Of a stretch of 64,000 nt of DNA, positions 42,967-55,407 are shown in pieces. The position numbers and the translations under genes are program-made. The notes under the pieces are model-generated. The model was not told the origin of the DNA and made no database searches. It worked only from the letters and a program-made list of their open reading frames with translations. The first letter of the stretch is position 1. Every line of letters starts with the position of its first letter. Source of the stretch: Eledone cirrhosa (taxonomy: Eukaryota); contig OZ024740.1 in the NCBI GenBank assembly GCA_964016885.1, positions 347,262,001 through 347,326,000 on the forward strand, given 5' to 3'.

Positions 42967-43179
42967 TTTATTTTCCATCGAGGGATAAACGTACGACACT
43001 TTTCACTAAACTTTGCCTTTAAGAATGTTCAGAGTAGCTGTATTAAGCGAGTATGACTTATTTTCATGATATCAGATTATGGTGGTGGTGATGTTGATGC
43101 TGCTGCTGATGCTGATGCTGATGCTGATGCTACTACTAATACTACTACTACTACCACTACTACTACTACTACTACTAAT

Positions 43180-43282
43180 GATTGTTTCTTATTTTGGCAC
43201 AAGGTATGCAATTATCTCAGTGCATTGCTGGTAGTTTATTTTATAGATCCCGTAAGGATGAAAGGCAAAGCTAACCTCGGCA
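43180..43282 (-). mobile_element. Diverged SINE 3' half
   Basis: ttggcacaagg...cccgtaaggatgaaaggcaaagctaacctcggcacgatttgaactcag. Confidence 0.8.
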
Positions 43283-43351
43283 CGATTTGAACTCAGACCG
43301 TATGCTAATACTAATAATAATACTAATACTACTGCTACCATTATTAATTAA

Positions 43352-43545
43352 GGGCGGTGAATTGGCAGTATCGGTAGAGGGTCGGACGCCATGCTTTGAC
43401 GCATAGAGTTACGGCCCTTGCCATTCTGAGTTCAAATCCCGCCGAGGTTAACTTTGCCTTTCATCCTTACGGGGCCGATAAAATAAAGTATCAGTAATGT
43501 ACTGCGTAATTGCTGGCCTTGTGCCAAAAAGTAGAAACAATTATT
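43352..43545 (+). mobile_element. tRNA-derived SINE, full length
   Basis: Matches the consensus; attattaat on both sides. Confidence 0.9.
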
Positions 43546-44135
43546 AATACCACTACCACCAAAACTACTACTATCAGTACTACTACTGAGTATTGCTTCG
43601 CTTTATTTGTCTCCAATCATGAAAACTAAGTTGACTAAGCACATGATGAAAGAAAGAGAGATAAATAGATAAAGAGAGAGAGGGAGAAAGAAATTAGAAA
43701 AATTCAGGTAAATTTAAGAGAAAGAATATGAAGAGACTAACAGGAGACTTCTAAATAAGAATATAGAAAGAAACAGAAAGGAGAATGAATAGAAAATTAG
43801 ATAACTAAATATAATCGTTGTCTTCCTTACTGTTCCGTTAGCAACAGATTGTGAAATATGTATAGTTTTTTCGTAAAGACTATGACGACTTCTGAGAAAT
43901 TAGAGATGAGGAATGAAAAATGAGAAAATGACATGCTACATTAACGCCACTTTTGTTTCTAAAATGGCTAATAGAAAATAGATAAATAAATAAATTTAAT
44001 AATTTGACATGATGATAACATTTGATTGAATAAAATCTGCAATCTTGTCAAATATGTTGTAAAAATAAGGTAGCTGAGTGTTTATCTCATTCTCTCTCAC
44101 TTTATCCCTTTCAGTCCCTGTATCTTTTCTCTCTA

Positions 44136-44197
<62 letters not shown>

Positions 44198-44308
44198 TAC
44201 AGATATATATACATACACTCTTGCATATATGTGTGTGTGTTTTATAAATATTTATACATATGCATATATATATATATATATATATTGCATATATGTGTGT
44301 GTGTTTTA

Positions 44309-44343
<35 letters not shown>

Positions 44344-45164
44344 ATAATAGAAAATGTTGTTTATTTGTTTTTTTAAGTCTTTTTTTTTTCATTTATCCAT
44401 CTCGCATCATTCTCTTGCACAGAACAATTCCACAATTCCATCCACATTCGTAACTGGTCTGTTTTCGATTACATGAATATATCGACAATGTATTATTAAC
44501 TTCATGCCAATAGCACTCATACGTAAATGCTCCAAATTGTTATATACGTTGAATTATTTTCTTGTCCGTCACCATGACTACGTAACCCGGCACAAAGTCT
44601 TATTATAAGTTACTAATTACTAATATCCATGATTGCCCACATTTGTAAACACGTGATTCTCTTTCTCTATGAACTATCTGTCAAATAACTCTTACGCACA
44701 TACTATTTCACATGTTACATGCATTCATGTACGCACATTCATACAAATGCAATACATACACACAAACTTGTTCCCACACTGTAGCGCTCTACCGCTCTCT
44801 AACCTCTCTTTCTCACCCACATGCACCTTCTCGAGTCCACTCATACTAATAGCTTGCACCTTACACTTACGCTTCGCTAATAGGAATATTTTCTTATGTG
44901 TAAACTCATTAGAAGCACTTGTTTAGCATTGTCATCCACATCAATATGCATGTACATATACAGTAATATGAAGCTTTATATATGCACACACGCTTGCACA
45001 TGCACACACACAAATACACACGTATATATATATATATATGATATATATATATATATGTATATATGAATATTTTAATATAATATAACACCCCCACACACAA
45101 ACATATACATGAATACACATATATATATACACACATATATGTGCACATATATATATATATATAA

Positions 45165-45301
<137 letters not shown>

Positions 45302-45302
45302 C

Positions 45303-45353
<51 letters not shown>

Positions 45354-46220
45354 TAATTATGTGCATTTCCCTGCATGCATATGCGTGTCTTTGTATTTTC
45401 GTATATGAGCGTGTATATGACAGTATTTGAGTGTGCATATACGCGGGTTATGAGATTGTATTGCGTTTCTGAATATAATTCCGCACGAACTCATCCGATC
45501 GCATCACTGCTTAAGCCAAACTGACGTCTTACACACTCTACACAAGGGCGATGAATATACCGGGTCAAACACTTGACCTGAGCCACAACCATTTATGGTT
45601 TTGTATTGATTAAAACAGGGTCTGACGTTATTGCACCGGACAGGATGCTTATTAAGTCGTATGTTATCTCTGTATGCACCATGGTTTTTTCTCTTTCACT
45701 CTCACATCTCTCCTTTTCCTTCACTCTATCTCTCCATTTCTCAAAATCGCACACATACTCTCTCTCTCTCTCTCCAACTCTCTCTTTCTCTCTCTAACTC
45801 AATATGTCTCTTTCTTTCTCTCTCTAACTCGATTTCCCTCTTCCTCTCTTTCTTCTGTGTCCTTCCGTTATCTAAAGTTAGTTAAACTGCCAGTCGCAGC
45901 GATGGAAGGAACTCAATGGTGGTATATCATGTACTGACCTCATCCGCACATGAGGTGGCCAGGGCCTCTAATCGGACAATCGAATGGGCCAAACTATTGC
46001 TGGAGAAATAACTTATTTTCATGCTAACACACATATAAGAACAATTTACAAGAATGAACTCAATTTTGTATATTAATATATGGATAACGTGAAAGAAAGG
46101 AAGGTTTCTCTATTATTTCCTTAGGTATTTTGATAGAAGCTATCTTCAGTAGCACTGACAATAAATAGCTGACCGTTTACATGCTTGTATTACGTGGTGT
46201 GTGCATAAGTATGTATATAT

Positions 46221-46294
<74 letters not shown>

Positions 46295-46314
46295 ATATAT
46301 GTGTATATATATAT

Positions 46315-46523
<209 letters not shown>

Positions 46524-47051
46524 AGTGTGTGTGCGTGTGGGGGGGGGGTTTAGAAAAGGCAAGTAAGCTTATATATAAAACAGTAGATAGATAGTGGATA
46601 TAGAGAAAATGTGAAGTTGGAAATAGCACGGAAAATATATTTAAGGGTCTGTTTTTCATTTTTGATTCGTCAAAGTGACATTATTGAAAAGATAATATTA
46701 TTGAAATAATGAGAGGGACAATTCTTTTTTTTTAAAAGTGTTATAATGTATATAAAGTATATAAAGTATTATCAGTTTCGATATATTACTAAAATACATC
46801 TTATCAAATGTTGAGTACTGAAATAAAAATTTAAAAGAATTAACACACTCAGATATACACACACAGGATGTTTTCAAAAAACAACTTTGTTCTGTGAAGA
46901 AACACAGCTACTGCTATCTTCACTTACCACCAAGTTTTGAGCAAGAAAGATGGAAGAAAACTTACTCCAACATTTGATTTTAATTTTAAATCCTTAATTT
47001 TTAGTTTTTAACTCCTATTAATTCTTTTTAATTTTTATTTCAATACTCAAC

Positions 47052-47093
47052 ATTTGATAAGATGAATTTTAATAATACATCGAAACCGGTAAT
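47052..47093 (+). ncRNA. Hammerhead motif with U3-A8 core
   Basis: AT-TTGATAA-GATG-aattttaataata-CATC-GAA-AC-cg-GT-A-AT. The mirror at about 46769-46810 retains TTGATAA. Confidence 0.65.
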
Positions 47094-47179
47094 ACTTTAT
47101 ATACTTTATATACATTATAAAACATTTTAAAAAAAAGAATTGTCGCTCTCATTTTTTCAATAATGTTATCTTTTCAATA

Positions 47180-47359
47180 TTTGTTTCTATCTTTAGGAAC
47201 AAGGCCAGCAATTACCCAGTACATTACTGGTACTTTATTTTATCGACCCCGTAAGAATGAAAGGCAAAGTTAACCTCGGCGAGATTTGAACTCAGGTCAT
47301 AAAAGGACGCAACTCTATGCTTCAAAATATGGTGTCCGACTCTCTACCGATACTGCCAA
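47180..47359 (-). mobile_element. SINE inserted in the right arm of the 46604-47438 inverted repeat
   Basis: Reverse complement of the consensus, interrupting arm homology. Confidence 0.9.
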
Positions 47360-47437
47360 ATGTCACTTTGACGAATCAAAAAAGAAAAACAGACCCTTAA
47401 ATATATTTTCCGTGGTATTTCAAACTTCACATTTTCT

Positions 47438-47535
<98 letters not shown>

Positions 47536-47536
47536 A

Positions 47537-47863
<327 letters not shown>

Positions 47864-49376
47864 TAAAGAGAGAGAGGGGGGAGAGAGAATATCATATATA
47901 TAACTCATACATACGTTCATACAGATTTATATATATATGCATATACTTTTGAGTCTATATATGAGAGGCAGCGTGCGTATGTTTTGCCGTACATGTATAT
48001 ATATCTGATGTACGAATAAGTTTCAATGACGAGGGAGGAATATAGACCTTGTATTTGAAAGAATTTCACATATGGGTAAGTATGTATGTTTAGGCGTTCG
48101 TGTATTTATATATATATATATAAAGATGGTTTGTACACAGACATTCAATGAAGAACCGTGCACTGGAGAATTCCACACCCTCGTCAATGAAATCTGCCAA
48201 CTTAAAGACAAAAACCTTGATTACAATATTAGCTGGTCGAAATTAGCGGCCGCAAAGGCCTATAGCAGCGGTATGTCCCATTGCGAGCTCTGCAACCTTG
48301 AATTGCTATATATCTTAAGGTACGATAAAATGCTGCTTCACAGCAAAATAGAAAAGTCAATTTTCTGCAGACATAGGATTGCTACTAAATTTACGAGATT
48401 TAAACCACCGTGATACGAACCAGCATCCCCAAACTTAATGGAAAATCAGTTAGAATTTAACGTATGAAATCCGCATTCTCACACAGACCACCTCAGAACC
48501 ATAATCCAGCCTCACTACATCTATACCACCAAGATGGGGAAGTAATATCTACAGATATCTACCAATTATCATGTCAGTCCATAAATCAATCTAGCCTTTG
48601 CTGTTGTTTATTCTTTCGGACCAAACAATTATATATACATATCTCATATTAACACCCATGATCTCTAACAGATTAACTTAATTCTAAGTACATTATCTTA
48701 TTACCCTTACAGTCCTTAGAATTCTTATTTTCTTATTTTCTTCTTATTACTAGTATGATCATCTCAATGTACCTTATCCCTAATTTGATTCATCATGTTC
48801 TCTATATATTTACCATGCATATTTTGTTGTTGATTTATTGTCTTAATTATACGCTATTTGTCATCGAAGTTGTGAAAACTAAATACCCATGATTAGAACT
48901 GGCAATCCCAACATTTAGAATAAGCCACCTAAACCTTAAAATACTGAATCTACAATTTCACTTAATACTACCTAAGAACCATATATCTTTATACACTCAC
49001 TCTATCAATATAACTAAGTTGATATGTCAGACCATAAATCAATCTCCGGTTTATTGGTAGCGTGCCTTTAGACCCACAGCACACTTGTATCTAGATAACT
49101 CATAATTGCACTTAAAGGGACAGATTCCAAAAATCTGACTCTGGGTACATTTTATTAGTTATCTCTTCATCCCTCAAAAACTACATCTAAAGTAACCTAT
49201 AGTAGTTTTCACATGTCAACTTCATACATATGTATCAAATCAGTTCGGTTACCATGTTAGTTTTATCATTTTATCATTATATTTTATTTTTCACTTATAT
49301 TGATGTTATTAATTTAACTATTCAGTATCTAGTTATTTTTTATTGATATTATTGTTCTGGTCTAATACCACTCCTC

Positions 49377-49384
49377 TATAAAAG
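49377..49384 (+). promoter_or_regulatory. TATA box candidate of the pLTR
   Basis: TATAAAAG about 35 nt upstream of the hammerhead. Confidence 0.45.
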
Positions 49385-49416
49385 CCATGCCTTGTGTATT
49401 ATCCTCACATTCGCTC

Positions 49417-49523
49417 GCTCTGATGAATTAACTGGTTATAAACAAAGTATTGGAGATCGATTGACGCAACATCTAGCGATTAGCGAACTCTAGACCTACC
49501 AGATCAAAGAAACAATTGTCAGC
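49417..49523 (+). ncRNA. Type I hammerhead with about 80-nt domain II
   Basis: GCT-CTGATGA(49420-26)-...-GAA-AC-AATT-GT-C(49520)-AGC; palindromic ACAATTGT and GUC triplet. Confidence 0.7.
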
Positions 49524-49575
49524 ACTGTGAATAGAGCCCTTATTGTACAGACAACCATGTTACTCTTATTTCTTG

Positions 49576-49705
<130 letters not shown>

Positions 49706-50237
49706 TTAGTTATACTATTTATGGTTATGTAAATACAAAACCTTATGCAGTTATAAGTATTTTACACACACCCTAAATAGTGGTAGGCAGTAAGTTAAGT
49801 AGCTCAATGTAAAAACATCAGATGATTTACAGAGCAGTTATATGAAATATAAGAATCAAAGAACTGTTCAAAACATTATTGTGCTTCCAGCTGTTTCCTC
49901 CAAACCGAGGTTTGGATTCTTCGGAGCAATTTATTAATGCATGGACAGTTATATGACCTCCTTTTCAGCCGAGAGACATACCGATACATATTCAAACATT
50001 GATACATATTCAAACATTGTGGGTCAACATTCATTACAGAATTTAGAGTGGCAGTACACACTTCGAGATTACATTTATATTAAGAGGTACAATCAAAAAT
50101 CAAAAATACAGGTTAAAATACAACATGAAGATAAGCGGTTATATAGTGCAAATGTTATATGTGTGGAGGAAATGTGTTATCGGTTTGGAGGAAACAGCTG
50201 TAAGCACAATAATGTTTTGAACAGTTCTTTGATTCTT

Positions 50238-50281
<44 letters not shown>

Positions 50282-50286
50282 ATATG

Positions 50287-50379
<93 letters not shown>

Positions 50380-50519
50380 ATATAGATAATACAAACAGAC
50401 ACAGACACAGACACACACACACGCACAGTCATATATATATATATATATATAAGTACTGAGTTCTCTACTGCTGCGGATATTACCTTCCAGTCTTCTACCT
50501 TTATATATATATCACAAAA

Positions 50520-50618
50520 TTTAATATAGAAATAGCTTCTACAAGACTAAAATTGTTTCACTCTCATGAGTATTGATTACCTTACTTACTGTGGTTACCC
50601 CCAATTGCACCCGGGATT
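50520..50618. mobile_element. Family B pLTR fold-back remnant
   Basis: Antisense aatatagaaatagcttctacaagactaaaattgtttca, then sense cttacttactgtggttacccccaattgcacccggg. Confidence 0.7.
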
Positions 50619-50742
50619 CATATATATATATATATATAAATATTTCGTATCTCCAAAGAAATACAGTTTTAGGAAGCCGTAGCTATGCAAACATCGGAGG
50701 GCTAACGCCCTCTGGTGATGTCCAGCAGAAGCAAGGGGGACA

Positions 50743-50786
50743 ACCGTCTATGCATTTCAGGCTTAACTGGCCTTCGTCAGGACGGT
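50743..50786 (-). ncRNA. Intact minimal type I hammerhead, family E
   Basis: ACCGTC-CTGACGA-AGGC-cagttaa-GCCT-GAA-ATGCAT-A-GACGGT: 6-bp stem I, 4-bp stem II, palindromic ATGCAT. Confidence 0.85.
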
Positions 50787-51063
50787 CCCTCCCATCGCTT
50801 GCAACTGCTGGACTAGAAGGCAGGCGAGAATATATACTTTTCTTGTCTGTGTAAATGAGGTGATTAATCTCATTTGCATATGAAGCTGCATAAGTTGGCT
50901 CAACTTATAATTTTAAAAAATAGGATTTCGCTTCAAGCATAGCTTTATACAATATGTATAAATATTTCGTACCTCCAAAGAAATACGGTTTTAGGAAGCC
51001 GTAGCTATGCAAACACCGGGGGCTAACGCCATCTGGTGATGCCCAGCAGAAGCAAGAGCGACA

Positions 51064-51107
51064 ACCGTCTATGCATTCCATGCCTAACTGGCCTTCGTCA
51101 GGACGGT
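51064..51107 (-). ncRNA. Mutated second family E hammerhead
   Basis: ACCGTC-CTGACGA-aggccagttaggcat-GGAATGCAT-A-GACGGT (GAAA changed to GGAA). Confidence 0.65.
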
Positions 51108-52463
51108 CCCTCCCTCCGATATATATATATATATGATGGATTTTCCCGTCGCAGACGACAAATGCCATCTCACCTAACTCGAAACTGATAGCGTCTTTAT
51201 CCACAGATTAGGAAGTCCTTCTACGGAGGTAGCTTTTTATTTAGAGATTCCAGACTTTGTTATTTTTTTCCATGTAATTGATGCTATCCTTATTATGACC
51301 TGATCTCATTCAAGCCTAGAGTAAATTCTTTCGTTTTTTAATTTCTCCTTCTTCATAGTCCCTTAAAACTAAGTGGCTTCATGCTTTGTCATGGATTTCA
51401 TGAGAAAAAAATGTGTTTGTTTGTGCAGGGGAAGGTATGTGTATTGGTATATGGGCATTCTGCATGATCTCGAGTATACATGTATGAATTTTTGTTCAAA
51501 GGTGGGGTGAAGATGAAGAGCAATATTATATGACTTTATGAGTGAAGTAAATGGATTGTCTTTAAAGGAAATTAAATAGAAACTTGTACCAGGAAATGAA
51601 ATTGTGTTTTGAGCAGACGAATGTGTACAGTTATGGAGGAGGGGAGGAGAAATGTATTCATATATGTATGTAGAAGATTAGATACATATTAAATATAAGG
51701 AGCTTAGACAAAATTCTACAAGATACATTTGTAATAGTTTTGGAATAACTTCAAAAATCGAATGAAACAAAAATATGTTGAATATCACATACCCTAGGGT
51801 ATTCAATGGTATAGTCCTTTCATGTGGATGCATCGTGTCTCCGAATTCCATAACCAGAATTGTTGCAAAATTATCACGTGGTTAAAGTTGTCCTATCTTA
51901 CACGAACAATAGTGATATTTATGACTGGTTACTTCATCATGTATATGGTTAGCAAAATAACTCCCGATCTTCCAATATACGAAGGATATGTGATCAAGTG
52001 AATATTCTTGAAAAGTTAATAATTCCTTATCTAAATCATAGCCCTAAGATCTTCATCAGACGCCACCAGTTGAAAACATATCAGATGAAACACGGAAAGA
52101 TTTTATTATCATCTTGCAAAATAAATCAATATATGACTGTATAGTATACAGTCATATACAGAAAGGTTTGGGAACCACTGCTGTATACTAAGAGCAATCA
52201 ATTTGTTTTCTATTTCCCGCCTTGTTTTTCGTCCATCATGTAATACTGCCGTTTCCTATTGCCTCTGTTGTATATATAGTCCCATGTACGTCAATACACA
52301 TACATTTTACCATTCAGAGGTTTTTTTAAAAGCCCAACTAACAGACTAATTGTATTCAGTTAAATACGACGTAAGCACATGTTACTACCTCATATATATA
52401 TATATATTTGGGGATGGTCATATTTGTTTCAACACACGATTTCATATAAGAATTCTTGCAAAA

Positions 52464-52499
<36 letters not shown>

Positions 52500-52502
<3 letters not shown>

Positions 52503-52730
52503 CTTTCACCGTATTTTTCACTAAAGAAATTTTTAGCCTGATAATGGGGTTTAGAACCCTCAGATAAATGGAAAAAGATGAGAATTGACGCACGTCAATA
52601 CTCATCTTTTTCCATTTATCTGAGGATTCTAAACCCCATTATCAGGCTAAACATTTATTTAGTCAAAAATACGGTGAAAGCTATTCTATTTTCTAATTTC
52701 AAACCAGCTCACTGTTTCAAAACATACTTT
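52500..52730. repeat. Fold-back palindrome (centre about 52591) of family F, homologous to 55190-55325
   Basis: agctttcaccgtattttt..ctaaagaaat..tagcctgata.tggggttt is mirrored. The plus arm has CTGAGGA (52620) ... GAAAGCT. Confidence 0.85.
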
Positions 52731-52933
52731 TATATATATATATAGGGAGAAAAAAACGATTATTAGGTAGAAAAATATTTTATTCCCGTTATCTTTTTAT
52801 TTTTTCTAGGTTAGAAAATGTTTAAAACAGATTATTTTACTTTGTGTGAAGTGTCAAAGAACTAATTAATTTATTTATTAAATACCAATAGCATTGATTT
52901 ATTTATTTATTAATTTATTTATTTACTAATTAT

Positions 52934-52971
52934 CAATTACCGGTTTCAGCATTTTATGCATTTTCAAATTA
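52934..52971 (-). ncRNA. Minimal hammerhead with U3-A8 core in the Neptune 3' pLTR
   Basis: Minus: tAAT-TTGAAAA-tGCAT-aaa-ATGCt-GAA-AC-cg-GT-A-ATTg. Confidence 0.72.
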
Positions 52972-53363
52972 TGTGAGTGGGTGAGAAAAAAAGGAATTTG
53001 TGTTTGTACAAAATGTAGAAGAGAAAATAAGGTGATGTTAAACATGTTAAGGTAACGGGAAAGAAAGAATAATATTATTTACAAACATGGTTTTTGAAGA
53101 CAAGCAGTCCAAACATTGTTTTTAGGAGAGATCGCTTGAAATTGTTCATTCTTGGAGGAGGCAAATAGCCGTGCGGGACTGGGTGTGTTTTCCTTTTTAG
53201 AGAATTAATATGCAGGGGGAGGTAATTCATAGTGGTAGGGTAGGAGAAAGAGAGGAGAGGGGGTAATTCATTTATATAAGAAAAAGGAATAGGTAGAGTG
53301 TAGGGATGTAACTCTTTAGAGAACATAGAAATGTGAGTCTAGGGGTCATTGTTCATTCTAGTT

Positions 53364-54384
53364 TTAGTTTAGTCCGAAGTTTAGTTCATTAAGTAGAGTT
53401 TGGAATGTGTTATTGAAGTACGTTTCCTTATTAGTAGGTTGGATGAAAGAAGCGTTGTCTATGAATTTGTAAATGGGGAAAATTCTAAAGTTTTGTAGTT
53501 GGTTAGGTGCACAGTTGGTGATATGTTCACTAAGAGCAATCTTTCTGTATTCCTGTATTTTGATTTGTGGTCTATGGACGGTCATAAGTTGTCGGAGGCT
53601 GTTTTTTGTTTGTCCTATGTAGTACTCTCGACAACCTGAGCAGGTCAAAACATAGATTAGGTTTTCAAATGCACATGTAAAGTTGTATTTAACTGTGAAA
53701 TATTGTCCTTGTTTAAAGTGGAATGTTGAACCTTCTATTAGATTTATGCATATACCACAGTTGGACCTTCCGCATTTTTTTACTGTAGGGTTCATTGTGA
53801 GGGTTGGTTGGATTTTGGCTTGTGTGAGAATGTTTTTTTATGGATTTAGGTTGTCGTTTGCTTTTTATGATGTAATGTGTTTGGAGGATTTTATTCATTC
53901 TTGAGTCTCTTTTTAGTAAAGGAATGTTCTGGAGGATGGTGTCGCATGCCTCATTCTTGAGGGGGTTGTGTGTGGAGATGTATGGTAGAGTTTTCTGTTT
54001 CGGTTCATTCCTGGGTTTGGGGCGTCTAAGTTCCTGGATGTTGAGTTTTAGGGCACGTTGGAATCCATTGTTGATTAGAGATGGTTTGTAATTTCTGTTG
54101 ATAAGAGTGTTCTTTAATTCTTCTAACCGTGTGTAGCATGTGTATTTATCTGAAACTATTGTGCAGATCCTTTTGGTTAGGTTATAAGGAATTGCCATTT
54201 TGTTATGGCGAGGGTGGCACGAGTTAAAGGGATAATATTGTTTGGGGTCTGTGGGTTTATAGTATATGTCTGTTTCTATTTTGTTGATTGTTTTCTTGAT
54301 CTGGATGTCAAGGAAAGGGAGTTGTTCATGGCTGTATTCCATTGTAAATTGAATGTTTGTGTTGAGTCCATTTAGAAGTTTTAA
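53364..54384 (-). pseudogene. Frameshifted PLE RT C-terminus, Cys-rich linker and GIY-YIG endonuclease
   Basis: LNGLNTNIQFTME..LPFLDI..TDIYYKPTD..NSCHPRH..IPYNL; KCGRSNCGIC; NLIYVLTCSGCREYYIGQT..VH..EH (CCHH arrangement); LN near the end. Confidence 0.9.
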
Positions 54385-54411
54385 ACTCAATACATAACAG
54401 AGTTTAAATAT

Positions 54412-54456
54412 TTCCTGATGATTTCCTCCGTATGAAACAGTTCTAGTCCTGTAGAA
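54412..54456 (+). ncRNA. Minimal hammerhead, family B, within a fold-back unit (54385-54478)
   Basis: TTC-CTGATGA-tttcctccgtat-GAA-ACAG-ttctagtc-CTGT-A-GAA; stem II is decayed. Confidence 0.65.
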
Positions 54457-54475
54457 GCCATTTCTATATTAAATA

Positions 54476-54528
<53 letters not shown>

Positions 54529-54635
54529 TATTGAAGTTTCCGTTGAAAATTGAAAAAGTCATAGATGTGAAGAGTGCTCTATGTAAGTACCAGAGCTAAA
54601 TTTAATGTATAATAAACAATACAATATAATTACCT

Positions 54636-54698
54636 CATTACCAGAGGTTTCCCGAATAAGACGAATACGAAAAACGTCCTCATTCGTTCATCGGACAA
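54636..54698 (-). ncRNA. Hammerhead-like motif downstream of tRNA-like copy 1
   Basis: Minus: CCGATGA-aCGAATGAGGACG-ttttcgtatt-CGTCTTATTCGg-GAAAC-ctctg-GTA; long stem II, U4C change, weak stem I. Confidence 0.55.
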
Positions 54699-54760
54699 GG
54701 CAATTTAAAACATAGTGAAATATTTGAAAAATCTCCTCAAAAAAGGCAAAAATTGACTTT

Positions 54761-54831
54761 TGCCGTACATGGGAGTCGAACCCACATCTTTGGTTATCCA
54801 GACCACTGTGCTACCATTACACCAATACACA
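54761..54831 (-). tRNA. tRNA-like sequence (repeat-borne pseudo-tRNA), copy 1
   Basis: 71 nt. A-box TGGTGTAATGG; D-stem GTGT/GCAC; anticodon arm TGGT-ctGGAta-ACCA; T-arm GTGGG-TTCGACT-CCCAT; 5 of 7 acceptor pairs; TTTTT shortly downstream. Confidence 0.65.
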
Positions 54832-54886
54832 TCCCATCTCCTTCCATTCGAATTAGAAGCTATGAACTTAGCAAGTGAATAATAAA

Positions 54887-55351
54887 CAAGCAAATTATAA
54901 ACGTAAACATGTAAATATGTTTTTGAAACGGTGCGCGAGTTTGAAATTAGAAATTAGAAATTATAAGCTTTCACAGACTAAAGACATTTCTAGCCTGATA
55001 GTGGGGTTTATAACCCTCGGAGAAATGGAAAAAGATGAGTGTTGCCGTACATGGGAGTCGAACCCACATCTTTGGTTATCCAGACCACTGTGCTATTCGA
55101 ATGGAAGGAGATGGGATGTGTATTGGTGTAATGGTAGCACAGTGGTCTGGATAACCAAAGATGTGAGTTCGACTCCCATGTACGGCAACACTCATCTTTT
55201 TCCATTTCTCCGAGGGTTATAAACCCCACTATCAGGCTAGAAATTTCTTTAGTCTAAAATACGGTGAAAGCTTATAATTTCTAATTCCTAATTTCAAACT
55301 CGCGCACCGTTTCAAAAACATACTTACATGTTTACGTTTATAATTTGCTTG
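54887..55351. repeat. Fold-back palindrome of family F (arms about 54887-55095 and 55136-55351)
   Basis: Reverse-complement arms of about 210 bp; right end abuts (TA)n. Confidence 0.9.
55117..55187 (+). tRNA. tRNA-like sequence, copy 3 (partial copy 2 at 55043-55095 on minus)
   Basis: Same sequence with one T-stem change; followed by acactcatcTTTTT. Confidence 0.65.
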
Positions 55352-55353
55352 CT

Positions 55354-55407
<54 letters not shown>

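Larger units (their letters stand above)
46604..47438. mobile_element. Inverted-repeat pLTR-like unit (arms 46604-46843 and 47018-47438, the latter split by a SINE)
   Basis: Reverse-complement arms, each with a TTGATAA...GAAAC motif. Confidence 0.85.
50638..51115 (-). mobile_element. Partial tandem repeat, period about 321 nt, one hammerhead per unit (family E)
   Basis: 50641-50793 recurs at 50963-51114; flanked by (TA)n. Confidence 0.85.
52747..54384 (-). mobile_element. 5'-truncated Neptune-type Penelope-like element
   Basis: RT thumb and GIY-YIG frames followed by about 600 nt of 3' UTR/pLTR ending at (TA)n. Confidence 0.88.

Noticed and set aside
52040-52062. Minus-strand CTGATGA as a hammerhead
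   Set aside because: No GAAA/stem III at a plausible distance.
55117-55187. Functional tRNA-Ser(GGA) gene
   Set aside because: No long variable arm, two acceptor-stem mismatches, and it is embedded in a repeat; treated as tRNA-like only.
54761-55187. Spaced repeats as a CRISPR array
   Set aside because: Eukaryotic context, long tRNA-like repeats in mixed orientation, and no cas genes.
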